Below, piece after piece: positions 39,993 through 52,667 of a DNA stretch of 64,000 bases. The notes below the pieces were generated by a model that worked only from the letters and a program-made list of their open reading frames with translations, was not told where the DNA came from and did not search any database. Both the position numbers and the translations under genes were made by a program. The DNA is from Candidatus Eiseniibacteriota bacterium (lineage in GTDB: Bacteria; Eisenbacteria; RBG-16-71-46): positions 576,001-640,000 of the forward strand of contig OY970178.1 of NCBI GenBank assembly GCA_963707915.1. Direction: 5' to 3'. The number at the start of each line of letters is the position of its first letter. Position 1 is the stretch's first letter.

Positions 39993-40010
39993 AAGGGGAG
40001 CCTCCCGACC

Positions 40011-42503
<2,493 letters not shown>

Positions 42504-42504
42504 C

Positions 42505-44901
42505 GTTCTCCGCATCCTGCTTCTCCTCGCGCTCCTGAGTCCCGGGGTCGCCCTCGCGCAGGGGGACTCCGGCACGCCGGGGGCCCCGGCGCAGGAACTC
42601 GCCCCCGCCGTCGCCGGCGCCGATTCGGCGTCCCCGGCGCCGGGCATCGACTACCGCGTCGGGGTGGTGCGCGTCCGCGGGAACGCGCACACCGACAGCG
42701 TGCGCATTGTCCGCACGTTCGAGGTGCTGGCCGGCTCGCGCTACGCGGACGACGCGGTGCGGCGCGGCATCCGCAAGCTCTTCGCGCTGGGCCTCTTCAG
42801 CGACGTCTGGGTGGACAAGGCCCCGGTCGCGGACCGGATGGACCTCATCATCCACGTGAAGGAGAGGCCGCGCATCGGCAAAGTCGAATTCCGCGGCAAC
42901 GCGAAGCGCAAGACCGAGGACCTCGAGAAGAAGCTCGTGCTGCGCGAGGGCTCGGTCTACTCGCCGGTGGCGGTGCAGAGCCAGGTGGACTCGCTGGTGA
43001 AGTATTACCGGGACGAGGGCTTCTCCAGCGCGACGGTCGCGGCCGCCAGCGACACCGCGGCGGACGGGAGCCTCGACCTGCGATTCGAGATCCGCGAGGG
43101 CGTGAAGGTGCGCATCACCAGCGTCGAGTTCGTGGGGGCGCGCGCCTTCCCGGCGAAGCGGCTCCGCAAGCAACTCAAGACGCGGGCGAAGGGGTTCCTC
43201 GGCGGGGGCAGCGTCAAGGAGGAGGAGGCGGCCGAGGACCGGGAGAAGCTCGAGCGCTTCTACCACGATCACGGGTACCGCGACATGCGCATGGTGGCGC
43301 GCGAGCTGGCGGAGACGGCCGACCCGCGCAAGCTCACCCTGCGGGTCACGGTCGACGAAGGGCGGCCGTACCGGATGGGCACGGTGACCTGGGTGGGCAA
43401 CCAGGTCGTGAAGAGCGCCGCGCTGGCCGAACTGTGGAAGGTGAAGCCGGGCGAGGGATACAGCGCCGCCAAGATCGAGAAGACGCAGGGGCTGGCGTAC
43501 GCGGAATACGCCGAGAACGGGTACCTGGCCGAGGTGATCGTCGAGCCGCGGGAGTCGGTGCGCGATTCGGACGTCGTGGACATCGCGTTCGCGCTCAACG
43601 AGGGGCGGCCGTCGAACATCCGCTACGTCAACATCCTCGGCAACCGGGGGACGCGGGAGAAGGTCATCCGGCGGGAACTGCTGGTGCACGAGGGGGACCG
43701 GTTCCGGCGCTCGGCGCTGATGCGCACCCAGGGCGAGCTGTCGAGGCTCGGCCTGTTCGAGGACGTCGTGCCGGACTTCGCCCTGGCCGAGAGCACGGAC
43801 GTGGACATCAACATCCGGGTCAAGGAGAAGCAGGTCGGCACCGCCTCGGCGGGCGCGGGGTACACCGGCACGACCGGTCTGACCGGCTTCGTCGAGCTCG
43901 GGCACAACAACGTGCTCGGCAACGGCCAGAGCCTGGCCCTCCACCTCGAGCGCGGGGACCGGCGGAGCGACTACTCGCTGAGCTTCACCGAGCCGTGGTT
44001 CCACGACAGCCCGACGCTGCTCGGCTTCTCGGCGTTCAACATGTCCACCGAACTCGACCTCTACAAGGAGAAGCGCCGCGGCGGCTCGGCCCGCATCGGG
44101 CGTCCGCTGCCCTGGCCGGACTACTCGCGCGGCTCGATCGGCTACAGCCTCGAGGACGTGACCATCAGCCAGTTCGGGACGACGCTCTCGGGCCAGGACT
44201 CGATCGTGCTCTCGGGCATCGCGACCGGGACGGCGGTGCGTACCAGCAGCGTCCTGCTGAACTTCAGCCGCAACTCCACGGACAACGCCTTCTACCCGAC
44301 GCGGGGCACGCGCCTGACCTGGAGCAGCGAGCTGGCCGGGGGCCCGTTCCTGGGCGCGGTGAACTACATCAAGAACCGCGCGGAGGGCCGCGTCTACCTG
44401 CCCTCGTTCCTGAAGCACCTGACCACGATGGTGCGCGCGCGGGTCGGCGTGCTCGGCATCTGGTCGGGCCAGACGAGCGCGGTGCCGACGTACGAGCGAT
44501 TCCGGCTGGGCGGCGGGAGCGTCGCCGACCCGCTGCGCGGGTACGAAGACTACATGGTCGTGCCGGACAAGTTCATCCGGACGACCACCGTGCCGACCAC
44601 GACGGGCACCTACACCAGCAAGGTGCGGTACCCCGGCGGCCGCTACATGCTGACCTACAGCGTGGAGCAGCAGTTCCCGATCGTCGTGCCGCTGCGCGGC
44701 GTGGTGTTCTTCGATGCGGGCAACACCTGGGACCGCTGGGAGGAGATCAGCCCGTTCCACCTGCGGACGAGCGTCGGTGTGGGGGTCCGGATGGAGATCC
44801 CGATGCTCGGCAACGTCGGCTTCGACTACGGCTACGGCTTCGACCGCGACGACGGTCCGCGCGGGAAGGGGCATTTCCTGCTGGGCAACGTGAACTTCTG
44901 A
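42505..44901 (+). CDS. bamA: Outer membrane protein assembly factor BamA (start codon unclear)
   Basis: Signal peptide, POTRA repeats, T...VIRRE, LSFTEPW, LRGY, FFDAGN, C-terminal Phe. Confidence 0.93.
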   Translation, partial: VLRILLLLALLSPGVALAQGDSGTPGAPAQELAPAVAGADSASPAPGIDYRVGVVRVRGNAHTDSVRIVRTFEVLAGSRYADDAVRRGIRKLFALGLFSDVWVDKAPVADRMDLIIHVKERPRIGKVEFRGNAKRKTEDLEKKLVLREGSVYSPVAVQSQVDSLVKYYRDEGFSSATVAAASDTAADGSLDLRFEIREGVKVRITSVEFVGARAFPAKRLRKQLKTRAKGFLGGGSVKEEEAAEDREKLERFYHDHGYRDMRMVARELAETADPRKLTLRVTVDEGRPYRMGTVTWVGNQVVKSAALAELWKVKPGEGYSAAKIEKTQGLAYAEYAENGYLAEVIVEPRESVRDSDVVDIAFALNEGRPSNIRYVNILGNRGTREKVIRRELLVHEGDRFRRSALMRTQGELSRLGLFEDVVPDFALAESTDVDINIRVKEKQVGTASAGAGYTGTTGLTGFVELGHNNVLGNGQSLALHLERGDRRSDYSLSFTEPWFHDSPTLLGFSAFNMSTELDLYKEKRRGGSARIGRPLPWPDYSRGSIGYSLEDVTISQFGTTLSGQDSIVLSGIATGTAVRTSSVLLNFSRNSTDNAFYPTRGTRLTWSSELAGGPFLGAVNYIKNRAEGRVYLPSFLKHLTTMVRARVGVLGIWSGQTSAVPTYERFRLGGGSVADPLRGYEDYMVVPDKFIRTTTVPTTTGTYTSKVRYPGGRYMLTYSVEQQFPIVVPLRGVVFFDAGNTWDRWEEISPFHLRTSVGVGVRMEIPMLGNVGFDYGYGFDRDDGPRGKGHFLLGNVNF

Positions 44902-44920
44902 CGAGGATCCGGGAGGCGCC

Positions 44921-45484
44921 ATGAACCACAGGGCTATCCTGCGCTCGGCCGGTGCGGCCGCCGCTGCCGCGCTGGCGGTCGTGGCGCTGGCGGCGGCGCC
45001 GTCGCGCGCCGAGACCCGCTTCGGCTACATCGACTCCGGGCGCATCTTCACGGAGTACTCGGTCGCCCGGGACGCGCAGGCCCGCTTCGACCGGCAGGTG
45101 CAGGGCTGGCGTGACGAGGCCGCCGAGAAGGAGAAGGTCGTCGGCCAGCTGCGCATCGAGGTGCGCGACCTCTCCCCGATCCTGTCCTCGCTGAAGCGCC
45201 AGGAGAAGGAGGAGGCCCTGCAGAAGGCGATCAGCGAGTACGAGCGCTTCATCCAGGACGTCTGGGGCCCGCAGGGACGGGCGAGCCAGGAGAACGACCG
45301 CGCGACGAACGACGTGGTGCGCCTGATCCGCGCCGCCGTCGAGAAGGTGGCGGGCGAGAAGAACCTGAACCTGGTCTTCGACGCGGCGAGCGGGATGATC
45401 ATCTACGTCGACAAGACGCTCGACGTGACCGCGGACGTCCTGACCGAGCTGAAGGCCGGGGCGCAGGGCACGACGGGCCCGTAG
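44921..45484 (+). CDS. skp: Skp/OmpH periplasmic chaperone
   Basis: Signal peptide, FGYID, coiled coil, VFD...IIY....DVT..V; between bamA and lpxD. Confidence 0.9.
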   Translation: MNHRAILRSAGAAAAAALAVVALAAAPSRAETRFGYIDSGRIFTEYSVARDAQARFDRQVQGWRDEAAEKEKVVGQLRIEVRDLSPILSSLKRQEKEEALQKAISEYERFIQDVWGPQGRASQENDRATNDVVRLIRAAVEKVAGEKNLNLVFDAASGMIIYVDKTLDVTADVLTELKAGAQGTTGP

Positions 45485-45491
45485 GGGGGGC

Positions 45492-46547
45492 GTGACGATG
45501 GTCCTCAAGACACTGGCGGAGCTTGCCGCCGGGCTGGGCGGCACCGTGGTGGGGGACGGCTCGGTGGTGATCCGCGGCGTCGCGGGGATCCGCGAGGCCC
45601 TGCCGGGCGACCTGACCTTCCTGGCGAACGCGCGCTACGAGTCGCACCTGGCGGAGACGCGCGCCTCCGCGGTGATCTGCGACCGGCAGCCCCGTGCGTG
45701 TGCCATCCCGTTGCTGCAGGTGGAGAACCCGTACCTGGCCTTCCAGCAGGCGGTGCGCGTCTTCCGTCCCGACCTCTACCGTCCCGCCCCCGGCGTGCAC
45801 CCCACCGCGGTGATCGCTCCGGACGCGACGCTCGGCACGGACGTCTCGATCGGCCCGTACTGCGTGATCGAATCGGGCGCCCGGATCGGCGCGCGGGCGG
45901 TCGTGATGAGCGGCGGGTACATCGGGGGGCGGGTCGAGCTGGGCGACGAGTGCTTCCTCTACCCGCGGGTCGTGGTCCGGGAGGAGTGCGTGATCGGCGC
46001 GCGCTGCATCCTGCACGCCGGCGTGGTGATCGGCGCGGACGGCTTCGGCTTCGCCTTCGACGCGGGCCGGTACCACAAGATCCCGCAGGTCGGCAACGTC
46101 GTGATCGGCGACGACGTGGAGATCGGCGCGAACAGCTGCGTGGACCGCGCGACCACGGACAGCACGCGGATCGGGGACGGGACGAAGCTGGACAACCTGG
46201 TGCAGATCGGGCACAACGTGAACGTCGGCCGCCACTGCATCATCGTCGCGCAGGTGGGCGTCGCCGGGAGCACCGAGCTCGAGGACTACGTGACGCTGGG
46301 CGGGCAGGCCGGGATCGCCGGGCACCTGCGGATCGAGAAGGGGGCGGTCGTGGCGGCGCAGAGCGGCGTGAGCCGGAATGTGAAGTCGAAGGAGGTCGTC
46401 TCGGGCTACCCGGCCGTGGCGCACGGCGCGTGGAAGCGCGTGAGCGTGCTGCTGCGCAAGCTGCCGCAGCTCTTCCAGAAGACCCGCGAGCTGGAGCAGC
46501 GGGTCGAGGCGCTGGAGCAGCAGCCGGCCCGCGAGGAAGCGCGATGA
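45492..46547 (+). CDS. lpxD: UDP-3-O-acylglucosamine N-acyltransferase
   Basis: NPYLAF, hexapeptide repeats, GADGFG, KLDNLVQIGHN. Confidence 0.96.
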   Translation: MTMVLKTLAELAAGLGGTVVGDGSVVIRGVAGIREALPGDLTFLANARYESHLAETRASAVICDRQPRACAIPLLQVENPYLAFQQAVRVFRPDLYRPAPGVHPTAVIAPDATLGTDVSIGPYCVIESGARIGARAVVMSGGYIGGRVELGDECFLYPRVVVREECVIGARCILHAGVVIGADGFGFAFDAGRYHKIPQVGNVVIGDDVEIGANSCVDRATTDSTRIGDGTKLDNLVQIGHNVNVGRHCIIVAQVGVAGSTELEDYVTLGGQAGIAGHLRIEKGAVVAAQSGVSRNVKSKEVVSGYPAVAHGAWKRVSVLLRKLPQLFQKTRELEQRVEALEQQPAREEAR

Positions 46548-47866
46548 GCCCGCGCATGCAGCAGACGCTCGCCCGGGCGGTCGGCCTGGAGGGGGTCGGC
46601 CTGCACACCGGTGCGCCCGGGCGCATCACCTTCCGCCCGGCGGCGGAGAACACGGGCGTGCGCTTCGTCCGCACCGACCTGCCCGGCTCGCCCGCGGTGG
46701 ACGTGCGCCCCGAGAACGCCACGTTCGACCCGCAGGCCGGGCGGCGGACCATCCTGCAGCAGGACGGCGTGCAGATCCACAGCATGGAGCACGTGCTCGC
46801 CGCGGTGTCCGGCCTCGGGCTCGACAACCTGGTGATCGAGACCGACCAGATGGAGATCCCGGAGCCGGCCGACGGCAGCGCCCTGCCCATCGCCCAGGCA
46901 CTGCTCTCCGCGGGCTTCGAGTCGCAGGCCCGGGCCAAGCGGCACATCAAGGTCGCCAAGCCGGTGCGCTGGAAGGAGGGCGACGTCGAGCTCGCCGCCG
47001 TGCCCTACAACGGCTGCCGCCTGAGCTTCACGATCGTCTACGACCACGCCCTGGTGGGCACGCAGAGCCTCACGCTGGACATCGATCCGGAGACGTTCCT
47101 GCGGGAGATCGCGCCGGCCCGCACCTTCGTGCTCGAGCGCGACCTCGAGTCGCTGCGCCGCGCCGGCTGGATCAAGGGCGGGCGGCTGGAGAGCGCGGTC
47201 GTCATCGGGGCCGACCGGATCCTGAATCCCGGCGCGCTGCGCTTCCCCGACGAGTTCGTGCGCCACAAGCTGCTCGACCTGCTCGGCGACCTGTTCCTGC
47301 TGGGCGCTCCCGTGCTGGGGCACGTCAGCGCCGTCCGCTCGGGGCACGAGGGGCACGTCGCGTTCGTGAAGCGCCTCAAGGAGACGCTGCCGCTGCCGGG
47401 ACGGCGTCCCGGCGGGCCCCCCGACGAGTGGGACATCACGTCGATCCTCGACCTGCTCCCGCACCGCTACCCGTTCCTGCTGGTGGACCGGATCACGTCG
47501 CTCGAGGAGGGGCACTTCATCGAGGGCGTGAAGAACGTCACCATCAACGAGCCGTTCTTCCAGGGGCACTTCCCCGGTCACCCCATCATGCCGGCGGTGC
47601 TCATCCTCGAGGCGATGGCCCAGGTGGGCGGCCTGTTGCTGCTGCATTCGGTCGGGGACCCGAACGACAAGCTCATGTACTTCATGAGCATCGACGGCGC
47701 GAAGTTCCGCCGCCCGGTCACGCCCGGCGACCAGCTGCACATGAAGCTCCGCATGATCAAGCTGAAGAACCGGGTCGCGAAGATGCGTGGCGAGGCCTAC
47801 GTCGAGGGGAAGCTGGTCGCCGAGGCCGAGTTCGTGGCGACGGTGGTGGACCGGAGGCCGTCGTGA
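46544..47866 (+). CDS. lpxC: Bifunctional LpxC deacetylase / FabZ dehydratase
   Basis: GVGLHTG, EHVLAA, IAPARTF, RHKLLDLLGD; then LPHRYPFLLVD, GHFP..PIMP.VL..EAMAQ. Confidence 0.95.
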   Translation: MSPRMQQTLARAVGLEGVGLHTGAPGRITFRPAAENTGVRFVRTDLPGSPAVDVRPENATFDPQAGRRTILQQDGVQIHSMEHVLAAVSGLGLDNLVIETDQMEIPEPADGSALPIAQALLSAGFESQARAKRHIKVAKPVRWKEGDVELAAVPYNGCRLSFTIVYDHALVGTQSLTLDIDPETFLREIAPARTFVLERDLESLRRAGWIKGGRLESAVVIGADRILNPGALRFPDEFVRHKLLDLLGDLFLLGAPVLGHVSAVRSGHEGHVAFVKRLKETLPLPGRRPGGPPDEWDITSILDLLPHRYPFLLVDRITSLEEGHFIEGVKNVTINEPFFQGHFPGHPIMPAVLILEAMAQVGGLLLLHSVGDPNDKLMYFMSIDGAKFRRPVTPGDQLHMKLRMIKLKNRVAKMRGEAYVEGKLVAEAEFVATVVDRRPS

Positions 47867-48639
47867 GCGTCACCGTGCATCCGACCGCGATCGTCGAGGA
47901 CGGCGCGCAGCTGGGGACCGGCGTCACGATCGGTCCCGGCGCCATCATCGGGCCCCACGTCACGATCGGCGACCGCACGCGGGTGGACAGCCACGCGCTG
48001 GTCACCGGCTGGACCCGCGTGGGCAGCGATTCGCACGTGCATCACGGCGCCGTGCTGGGCACCGCGCCGCAGGACCTCAAGTACACCGGGGTGGAGTCGT
48101 ACCTCGAGGTCGGCGACCACGTCGAGGTGCGCGAGTTCGTGACCGCGAACCTCGCCTCGGACCCCGGGGCGACGACCCGGGTCGGCGGCCACTGCATGCT
48201 CATGGCCTGTGCCCACGTCGCGCACAACTGCGTCCTCGGCGACCACGTGATCGTGGCGAACGGGGTGCTCTTCGCCGGGTACGTGACGGTGGAGGACTGG
48301 GTGATCGTGGGGGGCGGCTCGCAGGTCCACCAGTTCACGCGCATCGGCCGCCACTCCATGATCGGCGGCGGCTCGCGCGTCACCCAGGACGTGGCCCCGT
48401 TCATCAAGCTGGGGGGCTCCCCGCCGCGACTGGGCGGACTGAATCGCATCGGGCTCGAGCGGCGCGGCTTCAGCCGCGCGACCTGCGACGCCCTCGGGGT
48501 GGCGTACCGCCTGCTGTTCCGGCGGGGGCTCCCGGTGGCGCTGGCGGTGGCCGAGATGCGCGCCGCGTTCCCCGGCGTGCCCGAGGTGGAGCACCTCGCG
48601 CGGTTCGCCGAGACCTCGGCACGCGGGTTGACGCGATGA
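47863..48639 (+). CDS. lpxA: UDP-N-acetylglucosamine acyltransferase
   Basis: VHPTAIV, PQDLKY, HVAHNC, VHQF, GLNRIGLERRG. Confidence 0.95.
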   Translation: MSVTVHPTAIVEDGAQLGTGVTIGPGAIIGPHVTIGDRTRVDSHALVTGWTRVGSDSHVHHGAVLGTAPQDLKYTGVESYLEVGDHVEVREFVTANLASDPGATTRVGGHCMLMACAHVAHNCVLGDHVIVANGVLFAGYVTVEDWVIVGGGSQVHQFTRIGRHSMIGGGSRVTQDVAPFIKLGGSPPRLGGLNRIGLERRGFSRATCDALGVAYRLLFRRGLPVALAVAEMRAAFPGVPEVEHLARFAETSARGLTR

Positions 48640-49646
48640 GCGCCGGCGCGATCCGCACCGGGGTGTGGGGCGTCGGTGCGTGGGGCGAGAAGCACGCCCG
48701 CGTCTACCACGCGCTGCCCGGGTCCCGGCTGGCCGGCGTGTACGACCAGGACCCCGGGCGCGCGCGCGAAGTGGCGGAGCGCCACGGCTGCGTCGCCTTC
48801 GCCAGCCCGGATGAACTGCTCGGCGCGTGCGAGGCGGTGTCGATCGCCGTGCCGACGGTGGAGCACCGTGCGGCGGCGGAGCGGGCCGCGGCCGCGGGCC
48901 GGCACGCGCTGGTCGAGAAGCCGATGGCGGTGACGGTCGAGGAGGGACGTTCGATGATCGCGGCCGCGCGGCGCGCGGACGTCGTCCTGCAGGTGGGACA
49001 GGTCGAGCGGTTCAACCCCGCGCTGCTCGCGGCGCGCCCGCACGTGCGCCGGCCCAAGTTCATCGAGGCGCACCGGCTGGCGGTGTTCCAGCCGCGCTCG
49101 CTGGACGTGGACGTCGTGTTCGACCTGATGATCCACGACCTCGACGCGGTGCTCGACGTGGTGGGGGCCTCGCCCCGCTCGGTGTCGGCGGTGGGGGTGG
49201 CGGTGCTGTCGGGAAGCGAGGACATCGCGAACGCGCGGCTCGAGTTCGAGGACGGCTGCGTCGCCAACCTCACGGCGAGCCGGGTCTCGCAGGACCGGTT
49301 GCGGCGCATCCGCTTCTTCCAGGGCGACGCGTACGTCTCGGTGGACCTGTTCGGGAAGACCTGCGACCTGCTGCAGGTGGACTCCGCCCGGCTCCGCGCG
49401 GTGGTCGCGCAGGGCGGCCCGGTGGAGGCGGGGCTCGCGGCGATCGAGCGGCGTCGGCTCGACGTCGATGCGGGCGAGCCGCTCACGCTGGAATTGCAGG
49501 CGTTCCTCGGCTCGTTGCGTGGCGAGGGGGCCGGGGCGGCGTCGGCGGAGGCCGGGTGTGCGGCGCTCGCGGTCGCGGCCGAGGTGCGCTCGGCCATGAA
49601 GTTGCGGGCGAGGCAGTGGGCGGACCGGGCGAACGCCGGTTCCTGA
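48636..49646 (+). CDS. gnnA: Gfo/Idh/MocA oxidoreductase, GnnA-like (UDP-GlcNAc 3-dehydrogenase)
   Basis: VEKP, VG.VERFNP, DVV.DLMIHDLD, D.ANAR.EF..GCVANLTASRVS; position between lpxA and lpxB. Confidence 0.75.
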   Translation: MSAGAIRTGVWGVGAWGEKHARVYHALPGSRLAGVYDQDPGRAREVAERHGCVAFASPDELLGACEAVSIAVPTVEHRAAAERAAAAGRHALVEKPMAVTVEEGRSMIAAARRADVVLQVGQVERFNPALLAARPHVRRPKFIEAHRLAVFQPRSLDVDVVFDLMIHDLDAVLDVVGASPRSVSAVGVAVLSGSEDIANARLEFEDGCVANLTASRVSQDRLRRIRFFQGDAYVSVDLFGKTCDLLQVDSARLRAVVAQGGPVEAGLAAIERRRLDVDAGEPLTLELQAFLGSLRGEGAGAASAEAGCAALAVAAEVRSAMKLRARQWADRANAGS

Positions 49647-50752
49647 TCGCCGCCGGGGAGGCCTCCGGGGACGCGCACGCCGCGAAGCTCCTCACGGCCC
49701 TGCGGGACCTCGGGCCGTGTCGCGTCCGGGGCGTGGCGGGCCCCGCCCTCCTGGCCGCGGGCGCCGAACGCGTCGTCGCGATGGAGGACCTCGCGGTGCT
49801 CGGGTTCTCCGGCGTGGTCGCGCGCCTGCCGCGCATCTGGACCGCCTACCGTCGCCTGCTCGCCGAGGCGCGGGAGTTCCGCCCGGACGCGGCCGTGCTG
49901 GTCGACTCACCCGGGTTCAACTTCCGGGTCGGGCCCGCGCTGAAGCGGCTGGGCGTCCCGGTCTTCTACTACATCGCGCCCCAGGTCTGGGCCTGGCACC
50001 CGGAGCGCGCCGCGCAGATGGCGCGCTGGGTGGAGCGGCTCGCGGTGATCTTCCCGTTCGAGGAGGGCTTGTTCCGCGACGCGGGGGTGAAGGCGCGCTT
50101 CGTGGGGCACCCGCTGGTCGACGGCCTCGAGCCCGAGATCGGCGCGGACGCGTTCCGGGCGGAGATCGGGGCCGCAGCGGACGCGCCGATCCTGGGGCTG
50201 CTGCCGGGGAGCCGGCCGCAGGAATTGCGCGCGCACGCGCCGGTCATGGCCGCCGCCGCCCGGCGCCTGCGCGCCGGCCGCCCCGGCCTCGCGGTCGTGC
50301 TGGCGCTGGCGCCGGGGCTCGAGCGCGAGGTCGCGCGGCTGCGCCCCGCGCTCGAAGGCGTCCGCGTCGTGAGGGGGCGCGCCCGGACGGTCCAGGCGCA
50401 CGCCGCCTGCTGTGCCGTCGCGTCGGGGACGGCGACCCTCGAGACCGCGCTGTTCGGCACGCCCGAGGCGATCGTCTATCGAACCGGGTGGCTCAACTAC
50501 CAGATCGCCCGGCGGCTGGTCACGCTGTCACGCATCGGGCTGCCGAACATCGTGGCCGGCGGCGAGGTCGCGCCGGAATTGCTGCAGGGCGACCTCAGCG
50601 CGGAGCGGCTCGCCGCGACGCTCGCGCCGTGGCTGGACGACCCGGCGGCGCGCGACCTCCAGCGGGCCCGCCTCGGCGCGGTGCGCGCCCGCCTCGGCGG
50701 CCCCGGCGCGGCGCTCCGCGCGGCGGAGTGGCTGTGGGAGATGGTCGCGTGA
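49616..50752 (+). CDS. lpxB: Lipid A disaccharide synthase
   Basis: AGEASGD, DSPGFN, PQVWAW, FVGHPL, LLPGSR, ASGTATLE. Confidence 0.95.
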   Translation: MGGPGERRFLIAAGEASGDAHAAKLLTALRDLGPCRVRGVAGPALLAAGAERVVAMEDLAVLGFSGVVARLPRIWTAYRRLLAEAREFRPDAAVLVDSPGFNFRVGPALKRLGVPVFYYIAPQVWAWHPERAAQMARWVERLAVIFPFEEGLFRDAGVKARFVGHPLVDGLEPEIGADAFRAEIGAAADAPILGLLPGSRPQELRAHAPVMAAAARRLRAGRPGLAVVLALAPGLEREVARLRPALEGVRVVRGRARTVQAHAACCAVASGTATLETALFGTPEAIVYRTGWLNYQIARRLVTLSRIGLPNIVAGGEVAPELLQGDLSAERLAATLAPWLDDPAARDLQRARLGAVRARLGGPGAALRAAEWLWEMVA

Positions 50753-51417
50753 GCCGGCGCCGGGCGCGCCCCTGGTGGTTCCCGCTCGCGATCGCGGCGG
50801 GGGCGGCCGCGCTGCGCGCGCTGGGCGGGACGTGGCGGCTGCGGCGCATCGACACGGAGGAGTTCGACCGGAGGCTCGCGGCGGGCGAGCGCTGCATCTA
50901 CGCGCTCTGGCACTGCCGCATGCTGCCGCTGATCTACGCCTATCGGGGTCGCGGCGTGGCGGCGCTCGTCAGCCACAGCCGCGACGGAGAGCTCATCACC
51001 GGGGTGATCGAGCGCATCGGCTACGTCGCCGCCCGCGGTTCGAGCAGCCGGGGCGGGCAGGAGGGCTTCAACGAGTTGGTGCGCTTCGCCGAGGAGGGCC
51101 GCTCGCTCACGCTGACCCCCGATGGACCCCGCGGCCCGGGCGAGGTCGTGAAGCCGGGCGTGGTGCGACTGGCGAGCCGCACCGGGCTGCCGGTCCTCCC
51201 GGTGGCGAGCGCGTCGCGCGGCGCCTGGGTCCTGCGCTCGTGGGACGGCTTCCGCGTCCCGCGGCCCTTCGCACGGGTGTGGATCTCCTACGGCGAGCCG
51301 GTGCGGGTGCCGGCAGGACTGGACGACGCGGGGGTGGAGAGCTGGCGGCGGCGGCTGGAGGAGGCACTGAAGGCGAACACCGCGCGCCTGGCCCGCGAGG
51401 CCGGGGAGGACGCGTGA
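50749..51417 (+). CDS. DUF374 / LpxJ-like lipid A acyltransferase
   Basis: ALWH, VSHSRDGE, RGSSSRGG, TPDGPRGP, SWD.F.VP.PF. Confidence 0.85.
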   Translation: MSRRRARPWWFPLAIAAGAAALRALGGTWRLRRIDTEEFDRRLAAGERCIYALWHCRMLPLIYAYRGRGVAALVSHSRDGELITGVIERIGYVAARGSSSRGGQEGFNELVRFAEEGRSLTLTPDGPRGPGEVVKPGVVRLASRTGLPVLPVASASRGAWVLRSWDGFRVPRPFARVWISYGEPVRVPAGLDDAGVESWRRRLEEALKANTARLAREAGEDA

Positions 51418-52667
51418 GCCTGGCGTGGAGCGCCTACCGGCTGCTCGCGCCCTGCCTCGGGGCGGTCCTGCCGATGGCCCGGGCCATCGTCCCTCCGCCG
51501 GAGCGGGCGCACTGGGACGAGCGGCTGGGGCGCGTGAGCCTGCCTGGAGGAGTGGACGCCTGGGTGCACGCCGCCTCGATGGGGGAAGCGACGGCGGTGG
51601 GGCCCTTCGTCTCCGCCCTGCAGGCGCTGGCGCCGAAGTCGCGCTTCCTGCTCACGGCGACGACCCGCGCCGGGTGCGAACGGCTCGGCGTCCTCGGGCA
51701 GCCCGCGGCGGTCGCGCCGCTGGACTCGCCGCAGGCCGCGGCACGTTTCTTCGGCGGCGCCGCCCCGCGGCGATGCTTCCTGCTCGAGACCGAGCTCTGG
51801 CCGCACTGGCTGCTGCAGGCGCGGGCCTCGCGGGTGCCGATCGGGGTCGTGAGTGCGCGGTTGTCGGGTAGGTCGGTGGCCCGGTACCGGCGCCTGGGAG
51901 CCGAGTTCCGCGGGCTGGTCGCGGGGCTCGACGCCGTGCTGTGCCAGACCGCGACCGACCTGGAGCGCTGGCGGTCGCTGGGCGCACGCGCCGAGGTCTG
52001 CGCGGTCACGGGCAACCTGAAGGACGACGGCCTGCCGGTCGCCGCGACGGACCGGGCCGCGGCCCGCGCGGCGCTCGGCCTGCACCCGGAGCGCCCGCTC
52101 CTCGTCCTGGGCAGCCTGCGCCCGGGCGAGGCGCGGGTGCTCGCCCGCGCGTGGCGCGCGGTGCCGGCGGCGTTGCGTGAGGCCTGGCAGGTCGTGGCGG
52201 TGCCACGACACCCGATCGCCTCGGCCGGGCTGCGGGCCGAGGCGACCGGGGCGGGCCAGGCGGTGTCGGCAGACGTCGGCGGCGAGGCGGGAGCGTGGCG
52301 CTGGGACGACCGGCTGGGAGTGCTGCTGGGCTACTACGCGGCGGCCGACGTCGCTTTCGTGGGCGGCAGCCTGTCCCCGCACGGCGGGCACAGTCCGCTC
52401 GAGCCGGCGGCCTGCGGCGCAGCGCTGCTCATGGGGCCGCATCACGCCAGCCAGCAGGACGCGGTGCGCGAGCTGGAGTCCGCCGGGGCGCTGGTCGTCA
52501 CCGCGTCCGGGGTGGAGGTCGCGGCCGCCCTGGAGCGCCTGCTGGGGGACGCGGGCGCCCGCGGGGCGGCCGGAACCGCGGCCCGCCGAGTCGCGGAGCA
52601 GCGCCGCGGGGCGGCGCGGCGAACGGTCGCGCGGCTGGTGGAGCTGGGCCTGTGGGCGGCGTCGTGA
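51414..52667 (+). CDS. waaA: Kdo transferase
   Basis: WVHAASMGE, PLD, ETELWP, TGNLK.D, VPRHP, FVGGSL...GGH..LEPA. Confidence 0.93.
   Translation: MSLAWSAYRLLAPCLGAVLPMARAIVPPPERAHWDERLGRVSLPGGVDAWVHAASMGEATAVGPFVSALQALAPKSRFLLTATTRAGCERLGVLGQPAAVAPLDSPQAAARFFGGAAPRRCFLLETELWPHWLLQARASRVPIGVVSARLSGRSVARYRRLGAEFRGLVAGLDAVLCQTATDLERWRSLGARAEVCAVTGNLKDDGLPVAATDRAAARAALGLHPERPLLVLGSLRPGEARVLARAWRAVPAALREAWQVVAVPRHPIASAGLRAEATGAGQAVSADVGGEAGAWRWDDRLGVLLGYYAAADVAFVGGSLSPHGGHSPLEPAACGAALLMGPHHASQQDAVRELESAGALVVTASGVEVAAALERLLGDAGARGAAGTAARRVAEQRRGAARRTVARLVELGLWAAS

Noticed and set aside
46544..47866. lpxC-fabZ fusion as a novelty
   Set aside because: Already well known in Bacteroidetes/Chlorobi-related lineages.
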